Of a DNA stretch of 48,892 nt, positions 19,295 to 26,765 are shown in pieces. The stretch comes from Promethearchaeota archaeon (lineage in GTDB: Archaea > Asgardarchaeota > Lokiarchaeia > Sigyniarchaeales > SOKP01), in the NCBI GenBank assembly GCA_048941015.1, contig JBHLNZ010000018.1, positions 1 through 48,892 of the forward strand, read 5' to 3'. The notes beneath the pieces are model-generated. The model saw nothing but the letters and a program-made list of their open reading frames with translations, made no database searches and was not told the DNA's origin. Made by a program: the position numbers and the translations under genes. Position 1 is the first letter of the stretch. Every line of letters starts with the position of its first letter.

Positions 19295-19684
19295 TTGGAT
19301 TTTGATGAGGAATTTGATGAGGAATTTGATGAAGATTTGGATGAAGATCTAGATGATGAATTAGATGAACCTACTGTAAAGAGTCCTGAAGAAGAAGTTA
19401 AATCCAAAACTCCTACTATAAAAACACCTGCTAAAGGAAAAAAGATTTCAGTATTCTTTTTATCTACTATTGGGCCTGGTGAGAAAAAACAAAAACTTTT
19501 AGTTTATACTGGAAATAAGATAGGAGATATAAAAGAAACTGTTGCTAATTTATTCGGTCTAGATCCTAGAGATTTTCATTTATCATCTGGCGGAATTACC
19601 ATGGAAGAGGACGCTGCATTAAGTGAATATAATGTAGTTGAGGGAGATGACATTTTACTGATTCCAGCAAGCACTGCTGGTTAA
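19295..19684 (+). CDS. Ubiquitin-like modifier 1 (acidic N-terminal extension; mature C-terminus ...IPASTAG)
   Basis: Beta-grasp pattern: I.DIK..V...FGL.P..F.L...G..M.ED..L.EYNV.EGD.I.L; SD AAGGTGG then TTG. Confidence 0.88.
   Translation: MDFDEEFDEEFDEDLDEDLDDELDEPTVKSPEEEVKSKTPTIKTPAKGKKISVFFLSTIGPGEKKQKLLVYTGNKIGDIKETVANLFGLDPRDFHLSSGGITMEEDAALSEYNVVEGDDILLIPASTAG
19301..19369 (+). repeat. 12-bp coding tandem repeat x6 encoding (F/L)D(E/D)(E/D)
   Basis: tttgatgaggaa x2, tttgatgaagat, ttggatgaagat, ctagatgatgaa, ttagatgaa. Confidence 0.8.
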
Positions 19685-19724
19685 AGATGTTATAACAATT
19701 TAAATGGATATTAACGTTAAATTT

Positions 19725-20519
19725 TTATTTTTTTTCTTTTCTAGAAGGAATTAAAACTATTTCATCATCATCTTCTATGTTATAATCAATAATTTCTAAA
19801 TTTTCATCCAATATTATGCCTCCAGAAGATAACACAAAATTGCTTAGATCATAATTAAATAAAATTGCGATCTTTTCTTTAATTTCAATTACCAATTCAG
19901 AAGTTTCAATAATAATTATTTTTGTTTTTTCACCCGGTTCTATTAATGATCTAATGTAAACTCGGATTTTATCTTGCATTCCAATATTTATTTTAGGTGG
20001 GGTAAAAATGATTTCTTGATCAGTATTATCTTTGTTTCTAAACATATCTTCAATTAATTGATTTCTTTCCTGAGGAGAAAAATATAATAATTCTCTTAAG
20101 AAAAATATTTTATCCATTTTTGAAAGATCTAACAGATTTATTTTATCTAATTCCTCTGGAGTAAAAACTGAAAATATATAGTCATCCATTGTATCTACAT
20201 CTTCAAACAATTCATTTGAATTCGCGTATTTATCTATTAAAGGCATTGCATCAAAATAATCCTCAATAAATTCATTTGATTGTTTTTTTAGTGATTTCTG
20301 CTTTGAAATATATTTAGGTTTTATGATTCTTTTATCTGGAATAGATCTAGATTGTATTATTGTATAAATGGTACCAGTAGATAATACTGCCATACTGCTA
20401 ATATTAAAAATAACATAAAATGGAAGAGAGTCTATTTTTAAGAAGAAGAGAATAATGTAGATTAAGATGAAAATGAAGTAAAGAGCGATTAAGCTAAAGA
20501 ATCTATAGTTTCTTCTCAT
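19725..20519 (-). CDS. Membrane-anchored protein with C-terminal ubiquitin-like domain lacking a terminal Gly
   Basis: Two N-terminal TM helices; last about 80 aa align with the two Ubls (S.I.PGEK, EIKE.I..LF, F.LSSGG, DYNI.D.DEI.LIP); ends SRKEKK. Confidence 0.85.
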   Translation of the reverse strand: MRRNYRFFSLIALYFIFILIYIILFFLKIDSLPFYVIFNISSMAVLSTGTIYTIIQSRSIPDKRIIKPKYISKQKSLKKQSNEFIEDYFDAMPLIDKYANSNELFEDVDTMDDYIFSVFTPEELDKINLLDLSKMDKIFFLRELLYFSPQERNQLIEDMFRNKDNTDQEIIFTPPKINIGMQDKIRVYIRSLIEPGEKTKIIIIETSELVIEIKEKIAILFNYDLSNFVLSSGGIILDENLEIIDYNIEDDDEIVLIPSRKEKK

Positions 20520-20601
20520 GGTTATTATTCAATTTTTTTCTAATTTTCTAATGTGTCTTTTAAAATATAAATTCAATTGGAATAAATTTGAAATTTAAAT
20601 C

Positions 20602-21273
20602 TTATCTATTAATCATTGATTTGATTAAATTTTGATATCTATCTAAATCTAACATAAATATTGTTTTTTTATTTTCCTTTTCGGTTTTTACTATTTTTAA
20701 ATCACTTAAAATATTAAGGTATTTTTTAATTGTGTTATAGTTCTTTTTTAATTGAGTTGCTATATCTGTTAATTTTAATTTTTTATTTTCTCTTTTCATA
20801 AACTCAATTATTTGTTTTGTAATATCTTGATTTAAGTAATAATAAAGTTCATCAAATTCTGGATTTGATTCAAAATGAAAAATTATTCGTTGATTTTCAA
20901 TTTTTCTTGACCTAGTAAATTGAAATTTTTCCAAGCATGAAAGATGCCAGAGAGCTTGATTGCTTCCAATATTTATCGCTCTCATGATTTCATTAATATT
21001 GGATGGATTCTTCTTGATATAATTATAAATTTCATTTCTTATTGGATGCTCAATAATGTTATTTCTCATTAATTTCGTTCCTGGAATTAATATTCGTTTT
21101 TTAATTAGTTTTTTAATGATTTTCTCAATCATATTCCTATTTAAATAAGGATAACCTCTTGCCCTATTACTAATAAAACTTATAATATCTTCTAGTGAAA
21201 AGAAGGGCTTCTTTTTTAAGTATTCCTTAACTAATTCAAAAACGACAGAATCAACTTTATCAGGAGAACTCAT
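20602..21273 (-). CDS. Multi-winged-helix transcriptional regulator
   Basis: R.EIY.YIK.NP..INEI.RA...G.....WHL..L and TDIA..L...YNTI.KYL..L wHTH segments. Confidence 0.8.
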   Translation of the reverse strand: MSSPDKVDSVVFELVKEYLKKKPFFSLEDIISFISNRARGYPYLNRNMIEKIIKKLIKKRILIPGTKLMRNNIIEHPIRNEIYNYIKKNPSNINEIMRAINIGSNQALWHLSCLEKFQFTRSRKIENQRIIFHFESNPEFDELYYYLNQDITKQIIEFMKRENKKLKLTDIATQLKKNYNTIKKYLNILSDLKIVKTEKENKKTIFMLDLDRYQNLIKSMINR

Positions 21274-21516
21274 AATTTATTTCTTTGATTTTATTGAGAA
21301 ATTTACACTTTACATCCAAATCTTCTCTCTAAAACGATATTTTCTACCTTATATATATTATTAGATGTTCATTTAATTTATAGATATATCTTAGTAAAAT
21401 TCGAATAGAATTAAATTAGCTTTTAAAAATTTCAAATTCATTCCAAAGGGTTTTATAATACTATATTTTCATGTTTTTAATAAAAAAAAAACACATAAAA
21501 GAAAGAAGTGATTTGA

Positions 21517-21852
21517 ATGAGTTTTAAAGAAAATTTTGATGAGGAATTAGAACCTGTCAAATCTAAAACACCAATATCTAAAACTCCTGCAGCAGGAAGA
21601 AAATTAACTTTATATTTCATGTCTACCATAGGGCCTGGTGAAAAAAAGGAAAAGTTAATCGTAAATGACGCTAACTATGTAAGAGATATAAAGCAAACCT
21701 TAGGAAATTTATTTGGACTTGATCCTGATGAGTTTCATTTATCATCTGGTGGAGTGACTATGGATGAAGATAATCAATTGAGAGATTACAATGTAAATGA
21801 CGGCGACGATATTCTTTTGATTCCTGCCAGTACTGCGGGTAAACTTATATAA
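21517..21852 (+). CDS. Ubiquitin-like modifier 2 (pro-form, ...IPASTAG-KLI)
   Basis: Paralog of 19295..19684; L.DYNV.DGD.I.L ubiquitin-like signature; first gene of the E1-E2-JAMM-RING run. Confidence 0.9.
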   Translation: MSFKENFDEELEPVKSKTPISKTPAAGRKLTLYFMSTIGPGEKKEKLIVNDANYVRDIKQTLGNLFGLDPDEFHLSSGGVTMDEDNQLRDYNVNDGDDILLIPASTAGKLI

Positions 21853-21875
21853 ATATTCTTCATAAATTATAATAT

Positions 21876-21912
21876 AAAGGCTTTAAGCCTTTCATTTTTT
21901 TTATTTTTTTAT
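21876..21912 (+). terminator. Hairpin AAAGGCT-TTA-AGCCTTT followed by T-tract between Ubl2 and E1
   Basis: Perfect inverted repeat 21876-21892 then catttttttttatttttt-type run. Confidence 0.45.
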
Positions 21913-21932
21913 TAATATGGATAGTGATAATA

Positions 21933-23156
21933 ATGGATAAAAATTCAGATTTTTTTGCAAAAGAATTGTCTATCGAAGAGAGAAACTTATATGATCGGCA
22001 GTTCCGTCTCGAGGGGTGGTCACAAAAATTAGTAAAGAACTCAAGAATATTAATTATTGGCATTGGAGGATTAGGGTGCGAAATTGCTAAAAATCTAGCT
22101 ATGTTAGGTTTGGGCCACTTGGATCTTGTTGATTTAGATATTATTGAGCATTCTAATTTAAACCGTCAAATTCTTTTCACGGGGGCTAAGATAGGAGCAC
22201 CTAAAGCTGTTGTAGCAGCTAAAAAATTATCAGAAATAAATCCTAATATTGTTGTTAAAGGATATCACACTTCACTTGAGCGGTTAGACCCTGCAATATA
22301 TCAAAATGCAGACGTTATTATCGGGGGTCTTGACTCAATGAATGCACGATTAAACTTAAATACTCAATGTATACGATTTAGAAAACCATTAGTAGATGGA
22401 GGGGTATCTGGTTATCATGGTCATATATATACGATCTTTCCTTATGAAAATGCTTGCTATGAATGTAATCCCTTACCTGAAGTAGAAAGCGATGAAATGG
22501 CAGCATGTACTGTGGTTGGAATACCACGGAAACGGATTCATTGTGTTTTTAAAGGAGATATGGCATTTAGAGAAAAATTTGATAGAGATCCAAATCCAAA
22601 AGATATAAACGATATAGAATTTATTCAAAAGTTTGCAAATGATTTGGTAAATAAACATAATTTTTTACCGGAATATACCGCAGATGATATAGTGAAAATC
22701 CTTGATAGACACGATCCTGGGATAATTACTATAAATGCAGTTATTTCTGCTCTACAATCACATGAGGCTATAAAAATTCTCCATTGGAATAAGGGACATA
22801 AAGGATTAGGAGAACCAATAAAAAGTTATGTAATTTTTAATGCAATGACAATGAAATTCTATCATATTGAAAAACCGAGAAATCCAGATTGTTCTCAATG
22901 TGGTAAAAAAGTTCGAAGAGTAGCTATAAAAATGAGATCTCAATCACCCTGTATAAATATAATTAAGATATTGGAGAAAAATGGATTTAAATTAGAACCT
23001 GATTTTGAACCTGTTATAACTTTGCTAGATTTCAATGAGATTAAAGTAATTGATTTAGAAAAAACTCCAATTAATAATGGTTTAAGAAATTACGAATTTT
23101 TAACCGTTGCAGGATTTATGGGTGGAGAAATTTATGTAACTTTAAAATTAAAATAA
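21933..23156 (+). CDS. Ubiquitin-like activating enzyme E1 (ThiF domain plus catalytic-Cys domain plus UFD-like tail; UBA2/UBA3-like)
   Basis: YDRQ, GIGGLGCE, D.D.IE.SNLNRQ.LF, LDS..AR, CYEC, catalytic AACT...PR...HC, NAVI, CSQC. ATG 21933 or GTG 21924. Confidence 0.93.
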   Translation: MDKNSDFFAKELSIEERNLYDRQFRLEGWSQKLVKNSRILIIGIGGLGCEIAKNLAMLGLGHLDLVDLDIIEHSNLNRQILFTGAKIGAPKAVVAAKKLSEINPNIVVKGYHTSLERLDPAIYQNADVIIGGLDSMNARLNLNTQCIRFRKPLVDGGVSGYHGHIYTIFPYENACYECNPLPEVESDEMAACTVVGIPRKRIHCVFKGDMAFREKFDRDPNPKDINDIEFIQKFANDLVNKHNFLPEYTADDIVKILDRHDPGIITINAVISALQSHEAIKILHWNKGHKGLGEPIKSYVIFNAMTMKFYHIEKPRNPDCSQCGKKVRRVAIKMRSQSPCINIIKILEKNGFKLEPDFEPVITLLDFNEIKVIDLEKTPINNGLRNYEFLTVAGFMGGEIYVTLKLK

Positions 23157-23258
23157 CTTTTAAATCAAAAAATGTTTTTAATAAAATTTGATGAAATAGG
23201 CATTTATAAAAGAGAAAATTTTTAATATTAAATTAAAGAATAAAAAAGTGTTTAGAAA

Positions 23259-23786
23259 ATGAGTATAAGAAGTAGTCGGGTATCCCGTGATTTTGCGGGA
23301 CTAAAAAAAATGCTTAAAGAAGGGAGTCTTGTTCAGTTAATACCATTTAATCCTAAAAACAAAAGTATTGATCACTTAGCGTTAACAATTAAAGGCCCTA
23401 AAGGTACTGCTTATTCAGGTGGACTTTTTAAATTAGAAATGAAGTTCCCTACTCAATATCCGAAGCAACCACCTTTTGTAAGAATGCATACTCCTATTTG
23501 GCACCCCAACTTTTGGCCAAAACCGAGTGAATATAAAGGTCAAAGAAATATTTGCCTAGCATTAATAGATCCATCTTTAATTGGACAAAAAGGTGGATGG
23601 AGCCCATCAAAAACTGCTGTAACAGTTGTTCAGGCAATAATTGCTATGTTAAACACTCGAGGTAAATTTGTAAATCCAACAGATGTTTTTAATAAAAAGG
23701 CAGCCATGGAAATGATGAAAAACCCTAAGTTTTTTGAGAGAAAAGTTAAAAATTTAGTTAAAAAGTATGCTAAAAGTAAGTGGTGA
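23259..23786 (+). CDS. Ubiquitin-conjugating enzyme E2 (UBC fold)
   Basis: I.GP.GT.Y.GG.F.L...FP..YP..PP.V...TPIWHPN...ICL, W.P; catalytic Cys codon at 23553. Confidence 0.95.
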   Translation: MSIRSSRVSRDFAGLKKMLKEGSLVQLIPFNPKNKSIDHLALTIKGPKGTAYSGGLFKLEMKFPTQYPKQPPFVRMHTPIWHPNFWPKPSEYKGQRNICLALIDPSLIGQKGGWSPSKTAVTVVQAIIAMLNTRGKFVNPTDVFNKKAAMEMMKNPKFFERKVKNLVKKYAKSKW

Positions 23787-23794
23787 AATTTAAA

Positions 23795-24613
23795 ATGGGA
23801 GAGTTAAATAAACATAGAGCATCTATTAAAGAAGAAATAAAGACAAAAATTAAGGAAATAATCAAGAAAGAATTGTTAGAAGAAATCTATGAAGAATTAA
23901 AGTTAGAAGAAAAAGAACTAGTTAATGAAATTAGTACTATGATTACAAAAAGGGTACCTGAAATGCAAACAATAAAACATTCAAATAATCAAGCTCCCAT
24001 AGAAGCCACAATAAAAAAAGAGCAACTAAAAGTAATTCCTATAGATAATATTGAAAAAGAAGTATACATTTCAGTTAAAGCGATTTTAAAGGTCGCTAGT
24101 CATGCACTAAAATATGCTAATTCAAAGGTTCCAAGAAATAATTGGGTAGAAGTTATAGGTTTACTTGCAGGTAAATTAGATAATAAAAATGGAGTCTTAC
24201 ATATCGAGGATTACTATCCTATGGGGCATGGAACGGCTGTTTATGCTGAAATAAAAGATTATAAAAATTATGCCAGGGCATTTAGAGATATTAAAAGAGA
24301 GAAATTATTTATATGTGGTTGGGCACATAGTCATCCTTCTTATGGTTGTTTTATGAGTAATGAGGATATTGGGACTCAATCGAGGTATCAAACTCTCTGG
24401 GATAAAGCTGTTGCACTAGTTATTGATCCTTACCTTATTGATGGAACATCTGCAGGTTTTGAAATCTATCGTGCAGATCTGAAAACAAGAACCTGGTACC
24501 CTTTAGTATATGGTATTAAAGGATCTTTAGATATAAGAATGTTGCCTGAAATCTTAGAATTTATGAATCCTATAATTCAAGGGAAACCAGCTTATTTAGA
24601 ATATGATGAATAG
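23795..24613 (+). CDS. JAMM/MPN+ metalloisopeptidase (Rpn11/CSN5-like) with N-terminal helical extension
   Basis: VYIS..A.LK...HA, EVIGLL.G, GW.HSHP.YG.F.S..D..TQ, A.VIDP. ATG 23795 follows SD GGTGA overlapping the E2 stop. Confidence 0.93.
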   Translation: MGELNKHRASIKEEIKTKIKEIIKKELLEEIYEELKLEEKELVNEISTMITKRVPEMQTIKHSNNQAPIEATIKKEQLKVIPIDNIEKEVYISVKAILKVASHALKYANSKVPRNNWVEVIGLLAGKLDNKNGVLHIEDYYPMGHGTAVYAEIKDYKNYARAFRDIKREKLFICGWAHSHPSYGCFMSNEDIGTQSRYQTLWDKAVALVIDPYLIDGTSAGFEIYRADLKTRTWYPLVYGIKGSLDIRMLPEILEFMNPIIQGKPAYLEYDE

Positions 24614-24645
24614 TAAATTAAAATATATTTGGTGATAATGAAACT

Positions 24646-25779
24646 GTGGCTAAAAAGAAGGTTTTAGCAATAATTTTCATTCTTTTTTTAATAATTGGTA
24701 TAATACACGGTGCAATTATCTCAACTTCATTAAATATTTTTTTAACTTGGCCACTTATCGGTCTATGGATCATCTTTACACTTAAGATTTTAGAAAATGT
24801 AAAAAGGCATCGAGAATTTAATTCTCCACACAACACTGCTTTTTTTGTTATGATTCCTTTATTTATCGGAATTTTTTATTCTATTTGGGGTTATTTTACA
24901 GGAATATTAGGTGAGAATCTGATTGAAGGTTCAAATTTATATTTCAGTTGGTGGAGTATTATTTTCGGATTTCCATTTGTACTTTATGGATCTTTTTCAT
25001 TATATCGTTGTTTTAAGAAATATAATGTAATCTATTTTGGAACTAAATCAGTAAAAGCTAAAGCAGTAGGATACGTTTTAAGTTTCATTATTATTCTTTT
25101 TATTGTGATATACTGGATAGCATTTTATGCATTTATGGAGTTTTATAATTCTCCGTTAATCCCATTTCACTTCTCTTTAGATCTTAATCTTTTACTGGTT
25201 TTAATTATGACAATCTTAATACTAATTGTTTTTGGATTTATTAACTCACAAAGATCGTTACCATCGTTAACTCGTGATTATATTACCCAACGATCAAGAA
25301 GATTAAACGCATTAACATCTGCATCCACACTTAATTCTCCAAATAGACAAAATAGGTCAGCCAGACCGAGCCGATCATCTAGAACAACTACGCGTACCAC
25401 CATAAGAGCAACACCAAATATACTTAGGCGAACAACTAAAACTAAAACAAGAGTGACTACTCAGACTAAAAGTATAAAAGTTCGAGACTTTACAAAATAT
25501 AGACCGAAAGCATCATATTTATCTGTAGAAGATTTTAAGTGCATTTTCTGTTTTAAGTTGCCAAAACTACCAGAAGATCGAGGAAGAGGGATAGTTATAT
25601 GCCCAAACTGTAGATATCCTGCACATGCAGATGAATTCAAAGATTGGATGAGAACGTCAAATCTTTGTTCAAGATGCAGTGCTCCTATTTCATCTAACTA
25701 TAGAAGAAATCCTAAAATAATTAGTGTAAAGGATTATTTAGTTATTTGTTCGCATTTTGTAAAGAAAAAGAATCAGTAA
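24646..25779 (+). CDS. Polytopic membrane protein with C-terminal RING-like finger, putative E3 ligase
   Basis: Six hydrophobic segments, R/S/T-rich linker, C-x2-C-x16-C-x2-C-x4-H-x2-E-x3-W-x6-C-x2-C (25540-25677); operonic with E1/E2/JAMM. Confidence 0.8.
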   Translation: MAKKKVLAIIFILFLIIGIIHGAIISTSLNIFLTWPLIGLWIIFTLKILENVKRHREFNSPHNTAFFVMIPLFIGIFYSIWGYFTGILGENLIEGSNLYFSWWSIIFGFPFVLYGSFSLYRCFKKYNVIYFGTKSVKAKAVGYVLSFIIILFIVIYWIAFYAFMEFYNSPLIPFHFSLDLNLLLVLIMTILILIVFGFINSQRSLPSLTRDYITQRSRRLNALTSASTLNSPNRQNRSARPSRSSRTTTRTTIRATPNILRRTTKTKTRVTTQTKSIKVRDFTKYRPKASYLSVEDFKCIFCFKLPKLPEDRGRGIVICPNCRYPAHADEFKDWMRTSNLCSRCSAPISSNYRRNPKIISVKDYLVICSHFVKKKNQ

Positions 25780-25805
25780 TTTAAATTTTAGAAGAAAATA
25801 GAAGC

Positions 25806-26765
25806 TTATTTTGGTACTTTAATAATCTTTCTTAATTCTCCTATGGTAGTACTTAATTCTGAATAAACATTATGAGGGTGAATTGATTCAAAACTTTCTA
25901 TTTTGAATTTGATTTTAAAATTATCTTCTAAATTTGGAAATTCCTTTAAAATAAAATTTTTCGCCATTTCTCTTATTACGTCTTCAGCGAATAATGGTTT
26001 TAAATGAGCAATTCTAACTAACTTTGCTTCTTCAGGCCTTTTTAAGACAGATTGCATTCTTCCGCTCATACTTTCTTCGATAATATCAATGATATCTAAA
26101 ACATCTATTTTGTAGTTATTTAGATCCTTAATTTGAACCATAATTGAACCTGTAGATCTTTGATTGTGAGAACTAAATGGTAAAATATTTAGAAGTTTTT
26201 TTACTATCTCATTGGAAAGATTGATATCTTGCCTATTTTTTATAATTTCTTCAGCATATTCTTGACTCATTTCCTTTGCACATGGGCAGACAGTCATTCC
26301 AATCGCATTTGCTCCAATATAGTAATTAAAATTAATAATTCCAGATTCTTGCTTTTTTGCCTTTACAAGAGAACTAATATCGTATGCTTTTTGAATCATC
26401 CTTTGTTGGGAATCTTTAGCTTGAACTATTATTTTTCCTTCTAATTTTACATGTACCTTTTCTGTATAAGGATGCTTTTCCAATAATTTTCTTGCAATTC
26501 TGTCACCAACAACTTCAACTGATGGAGTGGGTGTAAAAATAACTTCATTAATAATCTCCTCAATTGTTTCTGAAGTACGAGACATATGAATCCCCCTTTG
26601 TCTAGCAGGCAGTGAAATTAAGGCTGATATTTTCGGATAAAAAGAATATCTCTTATTTTCTTGAATAATCTCTACTTTCTTTTCTACACCAACTATTCCA
26701 ACTTTATCTATCGGAATGTCTACAATCGAACCAGAATCTTGTAAGTCTTTTTTGAATTGATTAAT
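25806..26765 (-). CDS. mptA: GTP cyclohydrolase MptA (FolE2 family)
   Basis: Frame extends upstream of the track ATG through DLQD...I.IDKVGI.GV...L...RGIHMSR; T.CPC, SHNQR, LKRPEE, F.ED, ESIHPH. The only available start is ATT at 26765. Confidence 0.9.
   Translation of the reverse strand: MNQFKKDLQDSGSIVDIPIDKVGIVGVEKKVEIIQENKRYSFYPKISALISLPARQRGIHMSRTSETIEEIINEVIFTPTPSVEVVGDRIARKLLEKHPYTEKVHVKLEGKIIVQAKDSQQRMIQKAYDISSLVKAKKQESGIINFNYYIGANAIGMTVCPCAKEMSQEYAEEIIKNRQDINLSNEIVKKLLNILPFSSHNQRSTGSIMVQIKDLNNYKIDVLDIIDIIEESMSGRMQSVLKRPEEAKLVRIAHLKPLFAEDVIREMAKNFILKEFPNLEDNFKIKFKIESFESIHPHNVYSELSTTIGELRKIIKVPK

Noticed and set aside
19301-19369. CRISPR-like or mobile-element repeat
   Set aside because: Spacer-less 12-bp in-frame coding repeat; no CRISPR array, transposase, integrase, tRNA or rRNA recognised anywhere in the window.
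21860-22063. 67-aa minus-strand ORF across the Ubl2-E1 junction
   Set aside because: Overlaps the E1 start and a T-tract; no coding features.
19295-25779. Eukaryotic contamination or a SAMP/MoaD sulfur-carrier system
   Set aside because: Intron-free operon with SD motifs contiguous with archaeal genes; E2, RING and catalytic-Cys E1 argue against simple sulfur transfer.
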